Positions 37,882 through 50,246 are shown, counted from the first letter of the stretch. The stretch is 64,000 nucleotides of DNA from Gammaproteobacteria bacterium (GCA_965221955.1 CBDCTA010000029.1:320001-384000), one strand, 5' to 3'. Numbers and translations are program-made. The notes: generated by a model not told the origin, from the letters alone.

Positions 37882-38841
37882 TTATTGCATCGACTTTTTT
37901 TGACGCCCAATAAAGTCTTCACTCGCTTTGTAACCATTTTTAGCTAACAAATGATTTCGTACAGCGGCTTCTACTAATACGGCAAGGTTTCTGCCGGGTG
38001 CAACGGGTAGTGAAATGGTTGGAATTTCAATACCTAGCACGTCTGTTTTTCTTTCCGATAGTCTAAGTCGATCTTCGGTTTTTGGCACATCTAATTTAGG
38101 AGGTATTAACTCGATGATGAGCTTTAAGAATTTATTCGATTTAATTGCACTATCCCCATACATTTCGCGAATATTGAGCACACCTAAGCCACGCACTTCT
38201 AAAAAGTTTTGTAATAATTCGGGGCAAGTGCCGTTTATGGTTTCTGGCGCAATGCGAGCAAATTCTGGTGCATCGTCGGCGATTAATCGATGTCCACGAG
38301 ATACTAGATCGAGTGCAAGTTCACTTTTTCCTAATCCGCTTTTACCAGTAATTAATACACCCACACTAATGACTTCCATGAAAACACCATGCAATATTTC
38401 TTTCTCGGCGAGTGCCTGAGTTAAGTAATAGCGTAATTGATCAATAAGCTCATTACTCGATAGTGAAGAGCAGATAATGGGTAAATTATATTTTAATGAT
38501 TGTTCTCTAAATTCTTCTGGAGGTGTAAGGCCATCGCTAATAAAAATGGCTGCTGATTTTCTTTGAAATAATTGTGTTAGTAAATTTTCTAAAATATTTT
38601 CATCTGCTTTATTAAAAAACTTTAACTCGGTTTCACCGAGAATTTGTGCTTGGTTTGGATGAATTAAATTAAAGTAACCAACTAAGCCTATTTCAGATGA
38701 TGAAAAAGATAAGCGGGTGAAGCCAAGTCCGCTATTTTTGTTTCCCGACCACCAGTGTAAATCAAGGGTTTCTTTTTTTTGCGAAAACAGATCAATAGTC
38801 TTGAGTGCCACGCGTGAGTCATGTGGGGATGCAACTGCCAT
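37882..38841 (-). CDS. hprK: HPr(Ser) kinase/phosphorylase
   Basis: HGVFM, GKSGLGKSE, LIADD, LEVRGLG, PGRNLA. Confidence 0.95.
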   Translation of the reverse strand: MAVASPHDSRVALKTIDLFSQKKETLDLHWWSGNKNSGLGFTRLSFSSSEIGLVGYFNLIHPNQAQILGETELKFFNKADENILENLLTQLFQRKSAAIFISDGLTPPEEFREQSLKYNLPIICSSLSSNELIDQLRYYLTQALAEKEILHGVFMEVISVGVLITGKSGLGKSELALDLVSRGHRLIADDAPEFARIAPETINGTCPELLQNFLEVRGLGVLNIREMYGDSAIKSNKFLKLIIELIPPKLDVPKTEDRLRLSERKTDVLGIEIPTISLPVAPGRNLAVLVEAAVRNHLLAKNGYKASEDFIGRQKKSMQ

Positions 38842-38925
38842 ATGGCTTATATACAGCTCTATTTAGAACGGTTCAAGGTAAAACAATAGATAATGCTTAA
38901 GAATAGAAAAGATATAAGCACCGAG

Positions 38926-39393
38926 CTAGGCGGCAAGGTGTTTTGGGTTTTGGGTAAGAATTTGGTAGAGCTCTGAAGCATTACTACTTTTTTCAATAGA
39001 ATTTCGAAGTTGTTCATTGTCTAGGAGTTCTGCGAGGCTTGCTAATAGCTGCAAATGATCTTCGTTAGCGTCTTCAGGTACAACAAGGCAAAATAAAAAT
39101 GTTACGGGATGATCATCACTGGCTTCAAAATCTACACCTTCTTCCAGCTTGAGTATTGAAACATAGATCCTTTTAAGCTCCTGCATGCGGCAGTGTGGAA
39201 TCGCAATTCCATTGCCTAAACCTGTACTGCCAAGCTTCTCGCGTGCCAGCAGCGCATCCAAAAGCTTATTTTTATTTAAATCAGTATTTAGATGCGCAAG
39301 CGTTTCGCTTAACACTTCAAGTGCTGTTTTTTTACTACTGACAGAAGGTGAAAATACAATCCCTTCTTCAGAGATGAATTCTTTGATTTGCAT
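38926..39393 (-). CDS. ptsN: PTS EIIA(Ntr)
   Basis: REKLGSTGLGNGIAIPHCR; rpoN operon context. Confidence 0.93.
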   Translation of the reverse strand: MQIKEFISEEGIVFSPSVSSKKTALEVLSETLAHLNTDLNKNKLLDALLAREKLGSTGLGNGIAIPHCRMQELKRIYVSILKLEEGVDFEASDDHPVTFLFCLVVPEDANEDHLQLLASLAELLDNEQLRNSIEKSSNASELYQILTQNPKHLAA

Positions 39394-39419
39394 GTTATGG
39401 GGAAATTAAATTATTAGAA

Positions 39420-39740
39420 CTAATTTATAGCGTGATGTTCTACATCGCGTTGATGATGATCTTTTAGTTTTTCTTTGTGCTTAACAATTTGTCTGTCTAA
39501 TTTATCAACTAAACTATCAACTGCCGCATACATTCCATCACTTACAGCTTCAGCAAAAATTTTATTACGACTTACTTGCATTGATGCTTCAGCATGATGG
39601 TCTAGTTTTTCAACTGTAAGGATGACATGAATATTTATTACGTGATCAAAGTGTCTGGTGAGTTTTTCAAATTTTTTTTCTACATAGTCCTTTAATGAAG
39701 ATGTGATTTTAAGATGTTGGCCCGTTATGTTTATTTGCAT
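39420..39740 (-). CDS. hpf: Ribosome hibernation promoting factor
   Basis: MQINITGQH..MYAAVDSLVDKLDRQ; GAGGG RBS favours ATG 39740. Confidence 0.95.
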   Translation of the reverse strand: MQINITGQHLKITSSLKDYVEKKFEKLTRHFDHVINIHVILTVEKLDHHAEASMQVSRNKIFAEAVSDGMYAAVDSLVDKLDRQIVKHKEKLKDHHQRDVEHHAIN

Positions 39741-39831
39741 AATTATTCCCTCAATCTTATTGCTATGATAGTAAATCACAGTCGCCCTGAGATTAAAATA
39801 GTTGATAAATATGTATTTTTATATTACTGAT

Positions 39832-41301
39832 TTAGATCAATTGTTTCCTTTCATTGGATGGAGGTATTCCTAGAGATTCCCTATATTTAGCAATTGTTCG
39901 ACGTGCTACTTTGATGCCTTTTTGTTCTAGTAATGTGGCTATTTTGTTATCACTCAAAGGCTTATTTTTGACTTCTTCTTTTACTAGCTTTTTGATCATG
40001 GCCCGAATCGCAGTAGCGGAACAAATTCCCCCATCATTTGTGTTGACATGACTTGAAAAGAAGTATTTAAACTCAAACACGCCTCGAGCTGATTCTAAAT
40101 ATTTATTTGTTGTTACCCTAGAAATGGTAGATTCATGCATCTCCAGCTCTTCAGCGATATCTCGTAGCACTAATGGACGCATGGCTTCTTCACCATATTC
40201 AAAAAATGCCCGTTGATGTTTAACGATTGAAGTTGCAACGCGCATTAAAGTTTCATTGCGACTTTGTAAGCTCTTAATAAACCAACGTGCCTCCTGTAAT
40301 TGGTTGCGCAAATATTCCGCGTCTGTGCCTTTGTTTGAGTCTTTAATTAAGCTTGAGTACACATCATTAATGCGTAGTTTTGGTGCACTATCTGAATTGA
40401 GTCTAACTTTCCAAACGCCTTCATGTTTTGCAACATAAACGTCAGGCACGATATATTCTGATTTTTGAGTAGCAACTAAATCACCAGGTCTGGGGTTTAG
40501 AGATTGAATTAATTTAATTGCTTCTTCGATAATTTCTATATCAAGCTTTGTATGTTTCTCAATTTGCCGATGATTTTTTGTGGCTACTAAGTCAAGATGA
40601 TCAGCAACAATTAAACGCGCTTCAGCTACAAAGGGTGTATCGTTTCCCATTTGTTGTAACTGAATATCTAAACATTCAGGTAAATTTCTTGCACCAGAAC
40701 CTATGGGGTCTAAACGTTGTACAAATTTTAATACCGCTTCAACTTCGTCGAGTTCAAATTGCTCGGTATCGATATCGCGACTATTTTTTAAGTTTTCATA
40801 AATATTTTCGATTGGTTCTTGTAGATAGCCAGACTCATCCAACGAATCAATTAGTGTGTTTGCAATAATTTGATCTTGTTCAGATAACGCACTTAATTCT
40901 AACTGCCAGAGTAAATGTTCTTGTAAGGAAGTTTGGTCCTCACTGCTTTGGTTTTCTAAATAGTCTGAATAATCATCAGATTTTTGACTGATGGGTGTGC
41001 TTTGACTAGGTTCATAATAATCATCCCATTGGCTATCTGTAGGCAGCTCATCTGGGAGGTTTTCGTTTTGGCCGAGCTCAGTAGTCTCGCTGGCTATCTC
41101 ACTATTCTCTTTGCTGTCCGGTGTGAGCGTTTCTAGTGCAGTATCATCCTCCGTTTCTAGCATGGGGTTGGTTTCAAAGGCTTCTTGTATTTCAGCTTTC
41201 AGTTCCAATGAGGATAGCTGCAATAAGCGAATCGCTTGTTGCAATTGCGGTGTCATGGTTAGCTGCTGCCCTAACCGAACCTGTAGTGAAGGTTTAAGCA
41301 T
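39832..41301 (-). CDS. rpoN: RNA polymerase sigma-54
   Basis: LTMTPQLQQAIRLLQ, HESTISR, RpoN box ARRTIAKYRE. Confidence 0.98.
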   Translation of the reverse strand: MLKPSLQVRLGQQLTMTPQLQQAIRLLQLSSLELKAEIQEAFETNPMLETEDDTALETLTPDSKENSEIASETTELGQNENLPDELPTDSQWDDYYEPSQSTPISQKSDDYSDYLENQSSEDQTSLQEHLLWQLELSALSEQDQIIANTLIDSLDESGYLQEPIENIYENLKNSRDIDTEQFELDEVEAVLKFVQRLDPIGSGARNLPECLDIQLQQMGNDTPFVAEARLIVADHLDLVATKNHRQIEKHTKLDIEIIEEAIKLIQSLNPRPGDLVATQKSEYIVPDVYVAKHEGVWKVRLNSDSAPKLRINDVYSSLIKDSNKGTDAEYLRNQLQEARWFIKSLQSRNETLMRVATSIVKHQRAFFEYGEEAMRPLVLRDIAEELEMHESTISRVTTNKYLESARGVFEFKYFFSSHVNTNDGGICSATAIRAMIKKLVKEEVKNKPLSDNKIATLLEQKGIKVARRTIAKYRESLGIPPSNERKQLI

Positions 41302-41312
41302 GATATTAATTA

Positions 41313-41328
41313 TGGCATGAAAGTTGCT
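41313..41328 (+). promoter_or_regulatory. sigma54 -24/-12 site, antisense, just upstream of rpoN start
   Basis: TGGCATGAAAGTTGCT: GG-N10-GC with consensus flanks. Confidence 0.7.
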
Positions 41329-41447
41329 TTCAAAATACTAAAGGGTGCTGCGTTCGTCGTCTGTATGCAACCCTACGGTACAAGCTAGAAATTGTTTCTA
41401 GTTTGTTTTGGCGGCATTATTTTGACGTTTAGTTTGCCATAGAAAAC

Positions 41448-42176
41448 TTAGTTAAGAGTGAAATTTGATCCAAGATAAACTTCTTGCACGGATTTGTTAG
41501 TTAACAATTTTTTAGGTGTCCCATGCGCAAGCATTCTACCTTCATTTAAGATAAAGGCATGATTACATATGTCTAGGGTTTCGCGTACGTTGTGGTCGGT
41601 GATGAGTAAGCCAATTTCTTTATCACGTAGCTCTTTTAAAATGTGTTGAATATCTTTTACTGAAATAGGGTCAACTCCTGCAAAAGGTTCATCGAGTAAA
41701 ATAAATTTTGGTTGCATAGCAAGTGCACGTGCAATTTCTGCACGCCTTCTTTCACCGCCAGATAAACTTAAGCCTTTATGATCACGAATATGTTCGATTT
41801 GCAAATCGGCAAGTAGCGCATTGCATTGTTGCTTGCGTTGACTGCGTTTTAAGTCTCCGCGAGCTTCAAGACTGACTAAAATATTTTGTTCTACTGTTAA
41901 GCCGCGAAAAATAGAAGCTTCTTGTGGTAGGTAGCCAATGCCTTGTTTGGCTCTTTTGTGCATCGACATAGCTGTGATGTTTTTGTCGTCAAGTGAAATG
42001 GAACCTTCGTTACATTGAATTAAGCCGACTAGCATATAAAAACAAGTGGTTTTGCCGGCGCCATTAGGGCCAAGTAATCCAACAATTTCACCTGATTTAA
42101 TTTGCAGTGAAACGTCATCGACAACTACACGTGATTTAAATTGTTTACGCAGGTTTTCTGCGCTTAGTTTACTCAT
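41448..42176 (-). CDS. lptB: LPS export ABC ATPase
   Basis: [26 protein letters not shown]. Confidence 0.96.
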   Translation of the reverse strand: MSKLSAENLRKQFKSRVVVDDVSLQIKSGEIVGLLGPNGAGKTTCFYMLVGLIQCNEGSISLDDKNITAMSMHKRAKQGIGYLPQEASIFRGLTVEQNILVSLEARGDLKRSQRKQQCNALLADLQIEHIRDHKGLSLSGGERRRAEIARALAMQPKFILLDEPFAGVDPISVKDIQHILKELRDKEIGLLITDHNVRETLDICNHAFILNEGRMLAHGTPKKLLTNKSVQEVYLGSNFTLN

Positions 42177-42195
42177 GTGTGTGAATTAAAAATAA

Positions 42196-42741
42196 TTATT
42201 GATCGTTAGTGATATCTTGTTCGGTATTTTCTTTAACGGTTTCTGGGAAAACAGTGATATTGACTCGGTCGTTACCAGAAGTGCTACCGGCTTGAACAAC
42301 TTCTTTATCTGTAAAGAAAGTAATTTTATCACTTGCAAAAGTATTACCTGCTTCAGTTAATTTTGCATTGTTAGTTAAGACTATTTTATTGCCAGTGATG
42401 CTATACACCATTTTTTCTGCTTCAGCATTAATAAGTCGTCCATCATCTGTTTTTTGTTTGAAAGTGCTTAAGTTACCCACAGCAATAATTTTCTTAACTT
42501 TTTTATTCGCGGTTTCAAGCACAACGGTATTCCCCGTTAGTCGCATACTGCCTTGAGTAATCACAACATTACCTCTGTATGTGCTTATCCCAGTCGCATC
42601 ATTAATTTCTGCTGAGTCGGCTTGAATATTGATGGGTTTGTTCGAGTCATCGGTGAGGGCTATCGCATAGCTACTACAAAAAAGCACTAGGTTGAAGGTG
42701 CATATAATTTTTATTATATGACGAGTTATCTTATGGATCAT
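42196..42741 (-). CDS. lptA: LPS transport periplasmic protein
   Basis: PINIQAD, YRGNVVITQG; operon position. Start approximate. Confidence 0.9.
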   Translation of the reverse strand: MIHKITRHIIKIICTFNLVLFCSSYAIALTDDSNKPINIQADSAEINDATGISTYRGNVVITQGSMRLTGNTVVLETANKKVKKIIAVGNLSTFKQKTDDGRLINAEAEKMVYSITGNKIVLTNNAKLTEAGNTFASDKITFFTDKEVVQAGSTSGNDRVNITVFPETVKENTEQDITNDQ

Positions 42742-43294
42742 AACGACCCTTAACATTGTTATGCAGGTGTAAAATTTTATTATTTAAATTTAATGTCATG
42801 CCTAAGGCTGTAATTTTTTGTGATCCACGCGTTGCGGTAACGGGTAAATCAGTAGTGACCTGTTGCTGACTTTGTGAAACAGTAAGTCTATCGGTAAAAA
42901 TGTTTAATGGATATGGTTCTTCATCTGTGGGAGCTTGCTGAATTTCCACCTCACCGATTAAAGTGATGACATCATTTTCATTATAAGTTTCACCCTTTTT
43001 AGATGTGGCGTAAATCTTACTGCCTTCGCTGTTATAGATGATGATATTGGGTGAATCAAACTCACTCATTTGTTCATGATGATAAAGCCAATACTTAGGT
43101 GCTGACAATTTATATTGCGGCTGCCCTAAAGGGGAATTAATCACCATGTTGATGTTTTCAAAACTAACTGTAGGTTTATCGCTAGAGACAGCCATTGGGG
43201 CTTCTGCATAATTTTCACGCTGATTGAAAAAAAACAAGGTAAGCACACCACCAGCTATGATAAGACAGAATATCCAGATTATTCTAAACGACAT
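42731..43294 (-). CDS. lptC: LPS export periplasmic protein LptC
   Basis: N-terminal TM, C-terminal NNVKGRY; operon position. Confidence 0.85.
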   Translation of the reverse strand: MSFRIIWIFCLIIAGGVLTLFFFNQRENYAEAPMAVSSDKPTVSFENINMVINSPLGQPQYKLSAPKYWLYHHEQMSEFDSPNIIIYNSEGSKIYATSKKGETYNENDVITLIGEVEIQQAPTDEEPYPLNIFTDRLTVSQSQQQVTTDLPVTATRGSQKITALGMTLNLNNKILHLHNNVKGRYDP

Positions 43295-43297
43295 GCG

Positions 43298-43840
43298 TCA
43301 AGAGCCTTTGTTGAGGTTATATTCCAGTGCTTGTTGTAATAGACCTTGCGATTCTAGTAACAGTTCACATACTTCACGAACTGCGCCATGTCCGCCTCTT
43401 GCTGTAGTCTGCCAGTGTGCATGTTGTTTCACAAAATCGTGCGCGTTTGCAACGGCAATACTCAAGCCGCATTGTGACATGACTTGTAAATCGACAATAT
43501 CATCACCTACGAATGAAGTTTGTTCGTTATTTAAGTTTAGTTTTTTTAATAAACCTTGAAATACAGATTGTTTATCAATAACGCTTTGATAAACATGTTC
43601 TACATTTAAATCTTGCATGCGATGTGTAAGTGCTTTTGAGCTGCGTCCAGTGATGACACCTACTTGAATACCATAATGTTGCAGCAGGCGTATGCCATGT
43701 CCATCTTGAGTGTTAAACGTTTTAACTTCCTCGCCTTGCGCATCAATATGAATGTTGCCATCTGTAAGCACTCCATCCACATCAAATAATGCTAGGCGAA
43801 CTTGTTTAGCACGTTCTTGTATTTCTGTTTTAATATCCAC
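43298..43840 (-). CDS. kdsC: KDO 8-phosphate phosphatase
   Basis: FDVDGVLTDG, GDDIVD, GGHGAVRE. Confidence 0.95.
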   Translation of the reverse strand: MDIKTEIQERAKQVRLALFDVDGVLTDGNIHIDAQGEEVKTFNTQDGHGIRLLQHYGIQVGVITGRSSKALTHRMQDLNVEHVYQSVIDKQSVFQGLLKKLNLNNEQTSFVGDDIVDLQVMSQCGLSIAVANAHDFVKQHAHWQTTARGGHGAVREVCELLLESQGLLQQALEYNLNKGS

Positions 43841-44785
43841 TTATGATGTCTGAATAAAAATGAGGTAGATGTAAGTAAAGTATCCGCCGAGAAATAGTAA
43901 CCCGAAAACGCGTGGAATATATCGATTACGTAAAAATATCAACACTAAAATAAATAACATAGCTGTTGCGATTAGCATTGCAGGGAAGTCACGCTCAAAA
44001 ATCTCACCAGGTAACGAATATCCAGCGATCAAACTAGCAACGCCAGTAACGCCGAGCGTATTAAAAATATTTGAGCCAACAATATTCCCTAGTGCAAGCT
44101 CGCTGTGTTTTTTTAACGCGCTCGCAACACACGTGGCAAGCTCCGGCAAGCTCGTCCCAATCGCAATAATAGTTAAACCGATTATTAAATCACTCACGCC
44201 TAAGAATTTGGCGATGCCTACGGCAGACCAAACGACTAATTTTGAACTTAATAGCAGCACTATAAGGCCGACTAGTAAGCCAATAACTACTTTTTTAATA
44301 GATTGAGTGTTAGTTGCGTTATCATCAGTTTGTTCTGAATTATTTTCAAAGCGCGCTAACAGATAGAATGTAACGATTAAAGCAAAAAATAAAATCATGC
44401 CATCAATTAAATTTAATTGTCGGTCATAAATTTGCAAACTCAATAATGTGGTTGCCCCAAGTAATAGTAAAAAATTTCTATGTATGATTTGTGCATTAAT
44501 CTCTAATGGTAAAATACATAATGTTGCACCGAGAACGAGTAATATATTGGTAATGTTGGAGCCAATTGCATTGCCGATTGCTAAGCCTGAATTGCCTTGC
44601 AAGGCCGATAAGGCGGAGACCAGCAGTTCGGGTGCAGAGGTGCCAAAACCGAGAATCACAATGCCGATTAGAATCTTTGGTAGATTAAAATACTGACCCA
44701 CTAATAGTGCCTCATCCGCAAAACGGTTAGCGCTCCACATCAGTAGCAAAAACCCTATGAGTAGGGCAGCAATAAAGGTCAACAT
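43841..44785 (-). CDS. yrbG: Ca2+/Na+ antiporter YrbG
   Basis: Two alpha repeats GTSAPE/GSN and GTSLPE/GSN. Confidence 0.93.
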   Translation of the reverse strand: MLTFIAALLIGFLLLMWSANRFADEALLVGQYFNLPKILIGIVILGFGTSAPELLVSALSALQGNSGLAIGNAIGSNITNILLVLGATLCILPLEINAQIIHRNFLLLLGATTLLSLQIYDRQLNLIDGMILFFALIVTFYLLARFENNSEQTDDNATNTQSIKKVVIGLLVGLIVLLLSSKLVVWSAVGIAKFLGVSDLIIGLTIIAIGTSLPELATCVASALKKHSELALGNIVGSNIFNTLGVTGVASLIAGYSLPGEIFERDFPAMLIATAMLFILVLIFLRNRYIPRVFGLLFLGGYFTYIYLIFIQTS

Positions 44786-44983
44786 ATATTCGTTTTTAGC
44801 TTTTGGTTTATCGGCTTACTAATTGTTGAATGGAAACTGATTTTAGAGTGTGTACATCGCCAAGCATACTATAAGCAGGTATGATATTCGGCTTAAATTA
44901 TGTAGAAAGAGTCGTTAGGATTAAGTGTGTGATTCTTGCGCAACTGAATTGACACTAATCCGTGATATACAAGAACAACAATA

Positions 44984-45781
44984 GTGGAATCGATTGTACA
45001 AATTCGTGACCTGCATTTTTCGCGAGGTACGCACAAAATTTTCAATGGCATCAGCCTAGATATTCGCGCTGGGCAAGTGACAGCGTTTATGGGTCCTAGT
45101 GGCACTGGGAAGACAACCTTATTAAAACTCATTGGTGGTCAATTGCGCCCAGAAAAAGGTACGGTGCATGTGTTCGGTGAAGATATACATCATGTGAACC
45201 AAGATACGCTTTATTCAGTGCGCAAGAAGATGGGTATGCTTTTTCAAAGTGGTGCCTTGTTAACGGATTTAAATGTATTTGAGAATGTAGCGTTTCCGTT
45301 GCGAGAACATACCCAATTACCCGAACAGATAATTCGCGATTTAGTGCTGCTCAAACTCGAATCAGTTGGCTTGCGGGGTGCGCGCAAGTTGATGCCGAGT
45401 CAATTGTCTGGTGGTATGTCTAGACGAGTCGCATTGGCAAGAGCAATCGTGCTTGATCCAGACATGATTATGTATGACGAGCCTTTCACTGGTTTGGACC
45501 CAATCACTAAAGGCACTATTGTCACCTTAATTAAAGGGCTAAATGAAACTATGGGTTTGACCAGTGTTATTGTCTCTCATGATGTTGATGAGACTTTGTC
45601 GATCGCAGACTATATTTATGTCATTTCTGAGGGCGAGATTGTTGAATCTGGAACATCGGAGCATTTATCGACAAGTACATCCAATTGGATGCAGCAATTT
45701 TTGCAAGGTTTGCCCGATGGGCCCGTTCCATTTCATTATCCATCAGATGAATTTAAAGCAGATTTATTAGTAGGAAGGTAA
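44984..45781 (+). CDS. mlaF: Mla ABC ATPase
   Basis: [32 protein letters not shown]. Confidence 0.95.
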   Translation: MESIVQIRDLHFSRGTHKIFNGISLDIRAGQVTAFMGPSGTGKTTLLKLIGGQLRPEKGTVHVFGEDIHHVNQDTLYSVRKKMGMLFQSGALLTDLNVFENVAFPLREHTQLPEQIIRDLVLLKLESVGLRGARKLMPSQLSGGMSRRVALARAIVLDPDMIMYDEPFTGLDPITKGTIVTLIKGLNETMGLTSVIVSHDVDETLSIADYIYVISEGEIVESGTSEHLSTSTSNWMQQFLQGLPDGPVPFHYPSDEFKADLLVGR

Positions 45782-46566
45782 TGATAACTTCAGCACTGCA
45801 AAATATCGGAGCCCGTGCCTTAGGTGTTTTTGAAAATCTTGGTTATGCGTCGATATTTTTTGCCAAAATTATCGTAGCGATCCCGCATGCTCTGACAAGA
45901 CCGCGATTGATTATTAAAGAAATTTACTCCATTGGCGTTTTATCACTCACCATTATTGTTGTATCTGGTCTTTTTGTGGGCATGGTATTAGGTCTGCAAG
46001 GATATATAACCTTGGTGGACTTTGGCGCTGAAGAGTCACTAGGGGTTGTGGTCGCGATGACTTTAGTGCGTGAATTAGGTCCTGTTGTAACGGCATTATT
46101 ATTTGCAGGTCGAGCAGGTTCTGCATTGTCAGCGGAAATTGGATTGATGAAAGCCACCGAACAGCTCTCAAGTATGGAAATGATGGCAGTGGATCCAATT
46201 CGACGCATCATTACACCGCGCTTTATTGGCGGCTTTATTTCTGTGCCTTTGCTTACTGCAATTTTTACAGCAGTTGGAATTTTAGGGGGAAGGTTTGTAG
46301 GTGTCGGTTTATTAGGGATTGATGAGGGCTCCTATTGGTCACAAATGCAAGCCAATGTTGATCTACTTGATGACGTAGCAAATGGCATGATTAAAGGAGT
46401 CGTGTTCGCAGTTGCATGTGTATGGATTGCGTTATACAAAGGCTATTCTGCCATTCCAACTGCAGAAGGTATCAGTTTGGCAACTACACATACTGTTGTT
46501 AATTCTGCATTAGCCGTATTGGGCTTAGATTTTGTTTTAACTGCTTTGATGTTCGGTGATCTTTAA
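45781..46566 (+). CDS. mlaE: Mla permease
   Basis: [30 protein letters not shown]. Confidence 0.96.
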   Translation: MITSALQNIGARALGVFENLGYASIFFAKIIVAIPHALTRPRLIIKEIYSIGVLSLTIIVVSGLFVGMVLGLQGYITLVDFGAEESLGVVVAMTLVRELGPVVTALLFAGRAGSALSAEIGLMKATEQLSSMEMMAVDPIRRIITPRFIGGFISVPLLTAIFTAVGILGGRFVGVGLLGIDEGSYWSQMQANVDLLDDVANGMIKGVVFAVACVWIALYKGYSAIPTAEGISLATTHTVVNSALAVLGLDFVLTALMFGDL

Positions 46567-46605
46567 GTAAACGTTATATTTGAAAATAATAATAGGTATT
46601 TAATT

Positions 46606-47064
46606 ATGACAACCCGCTTTATTGAAATCATGGTAGGACTTTTTGTCGTACTAGGGTTTTTAGCTTTATTTATGTTAGCGATGAAAGTAAGCAACTTAAG
46701 TCGATTAACAAGCAATGAGGGTTACGAAGTGACAGCGTATTTTGAAAATATTGGTGGATTAAAAGTGCGATCACCAGTAACCGTTTCAGGTGTGCGTGTA
46801 GGACAGATTACAGAAATTGTTTATGACGAGAATCGCTATGAAGCAAAAGTTGTAATGCGCATTCAATCTGAGCATGATTATTTTCCGATAGACACCACTG
46901 CTAGCATCTACACTGCGGGATTGCTGGGTGAGCAATACGTAGCGTTAGAGCCGGGAGCAGAGGACGATGTGCTCACCACAGGTGATACAATAGAATTTAC
47001 GCAATCTGCTCTAGTATTAGAGGAAATAATTGGCAAAATTGTTGTCAAACTAACGTCTGGGTAA
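46606..47064 (+). CDS. mlaD: MCE protein MlaD
   Basis: FENIGGLKVRSPV, GLLGEQY. Confidence 0.95.
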   Translation: MTTRFIEIMVGLFVVLGFLALFMLAMKVSNLSRLTSNEGYEVTAYFENIGGLKVRSPVTVSGVRVGQITEIVYDENRYEAKVVMRIQSEHDYFPIDTTASIYTAGLLGEQYVALEPGAEDDVLTTGDTIEFTQSALVLEEIIGKIVVKLTSG

Positions 47065-47135
47065 TATAGGCGTCTATAAGCCATTGATTTATATAGCAGC
47101 TACTTTCGTGCTGTACAATTTTAGGGAGTTTCACA

Positions 47136-47795
47136 GTGACTAAGCACCTGTCTCAAAAATTTATTCTATTTTTATTCGTAGCACTGCTGGTGTTTGCGAA
47201 CACATTTGTGTTTGCTATCGATGAACGTACGCCTGAGCAAATCGTTGAAGAGACTTCTTCAACGGTTCTAAATACAATTAACGAAGACAATGATCAGCTG
47301 CGTGAAGACCCAGCTTTAATCAATGCTTTGATTAATGATACGGTGATCCCCATTATTGATCTAGATTCAATGGGAAAATTAATTTTAGGTAAATATTGGA
47401 AAAAAGCTTCTGAACAACAGCGTGCTAGTTTTATTGCAGAGTTTAAAGATATGTTAATTCGCACTTATGCGAAATCATTGGTGGACTACGGGCATGCAAA
47501 AATAACAGTATTACCTAATCGTGATAAAGAGCAGGGAAAGTATTACACCGTGCAATCAGAGCTTGATGTAGGTTCAGGAAAAGCACCTTTACAGGTTGCG
47601 TATATTTTTCGTAAAAACAAACAAGAAGAGTGGAAAGTCTTTGACCTCGCCGTGGATGGGTTGAGTCTTGTTAAAAATTTTCGCACTAGTTTTGGTCAAG
47701 AAATTAAAGAAACTTCTTTGGATGCATTGATTGCACGCCTAGCGAACACGAATAAAACTGGCACAACTGATGAAGTTGCTGAAGAAGCGGGGTAG
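47136..47795 (+). CDS. mlaC: Phospholipid-binding MlaC
   Basis: LGKYW, WKVFD, GLSLVKNFR; operon position. Confidence 0.92.
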   Translation: MTKHLSQKFILFLFVALLVFANTFVFAIDERTPEQIVEETSSTVLNTINEDNDQLREDPALINALINDTVIPIIDLDSMGKLILGKYWKKASEQQRASFIAEFKDMLIRTYAKSLVDYGHAKITVLPNRDKEQGKYYTVQSELDVGSGKAPLQVAYIFRKNKQEEWKVFDLAVDGLSLVKNFRTSFGQEIKETSLDALIARLANTNKTGTTDEVAEEAG

Positions 47796-47842
47796 CTCTA
47801 TTATATAATTTTCCTAAGGAAAATTTTCTTAGCTTAAAAGTT

Positions 47843-48142
47843 GTGTCCGAATTCAAACCTATAGAGCCTGGACGATTTAGTCTTTCTGGTGATCTCACAT
47901 TCGCAAGCGTACCCATGGTATGGGAGCAAGCTCGAAAAATGCTATTAGATGTTTATGAAGACGAAGTAGAAATTGATATCGGTGCCACACAGAAATTTGA
48001 TAGCAGTGGCCTTGCACTGTTAGTGGCCTGGTCGCGTTGGGCGCATTGCAATAAAAAAGTGCTAACCTTTCGTAATCCCACTGAACGAGCATACAAGCTG
48101 ATTGAGATTAACAAGCTTCAAGATATATTAAAAACCGCTTAA
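47843..48142 (+). CDS. mlaB: STAS protein MlaB
   Basis: LSGDL, DSSGLALL. Confidence 0.88.
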   Translation: MSEFKPIEPGRFSLSGDLTFASVPMVWEQARKMLLDVYEDEVEIDIGATQKFDSSGLALLVAWSRWAHCNKKVLTFRNPTERAYKLIEINKLQDILKTA

Positions 48143-48262
48143 GCAAGGGTATCGTTCTTAGCTTACTTTTATTTGTGTACTAGTATCTAGCAAGTGGGTT
48201 CGCTAAGATCTCTTCTTTCATCAATCTGTTCTATAACAAATTTTCATCTATCATTTCCGTAG

Positions 48263-49525
<1,263 letters not shown>

Positions 49526-49534
49526 AATATTTTT

Positions 49535-50185
49535 ATGTCTACAGAAGCTAATTCAACCATTACTACGATTGCGGTTTCAAAAGGGCGTATCTTTGATGAG
49601 AGTCGTGAGCTTTTAGAAAAAATAGGTATTACGGTTGCACAAAAAGATCTCGATGGTCGTAAGTTAGTATTGCCTACTAATAAAGATGATGTGCGTTTGT
49701 TAATTATTCGTGCGACAGATGTACCTACCTATGTTCAATATGGTGCAGCCGAACTTGGGGTCGTGGGTAAAGATACTTTAATGGAGTTTGCAGGTGATGG
49801 AATTTATGAACCGTTGGATTTAGGCATTGCGAAGTGCAAACTTATGGTGGCAGGTGTAGAAGGCAAAATGATTGAGAGTCGTCGTATGCGTGTTGCAACA
49901 AAATATTTGCAAAGCACGCGGCGTTATTTTGCTTCTAAGGGCCAGCAAGTTGAATTGATTAAGCTTTATGGTTCTATGGAGCTCGCGCCTTTACTTGGAC
50001 TCGCCGACTGCATTGTGGATTTAGTGGCTACGGGCGGAACCCTGAAGGCAAATGGCTTGGTGGCCACAGAGCACATTGCCGATATCAGCTCACGACTGAT
50101 CGTCAACAAGGCAGCAATGAAGATAAAATCTGCTACACTTAAACCCTTAATTGAACAATTTAAGCTAGCTGTCGAGAAACCATAG
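49535..50185 (+). CDS. hisG: ATP phosphoribosyltransferase, short form
   Basis: [25 protein letters not shown]; 216 aa. Confidence 0.95.
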   Translation: MSTEANSTITTIAVSKGRIFDESRELLEKIGITVAQKDLDGRKLVLPTNKDDVRLLIIRATDVPTYVQYGAAELGVVGKDTLMEFAGDGIYEPLDLGIAKCKLMVAGVEGKMIESRRMRVATKYLQSTRRYFASKGQQVELIKLYGSMELAPLLGLADCIVDLVATGGTLKANGLVATEHIADISSRLIVNKAAMKIKSATLKPLIEQFKLAVEKP

Positions 50186-50246
50186 GATTTCTCATAGAAT
50201 TAAAAAAGAAAATTTCCCATAAGAATAATTAGCGTCAGGTACGATC

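Noticed and set aside
44808-44835. GCCGATAA on the minus strand upstream of yrbG as a sigma28 promoter
   Set aside because: No TAAA-like -35 element at 15-nt spacing.
47807-47825. Perfect palindrome AATTTTCCT-A-AGGAAAATT between mlaC and mlaB
   Set aside because: Single AT-rich occurrence inside an operon, 1-nt loop cannot form a good hairpin, and no regulator can be assigned.
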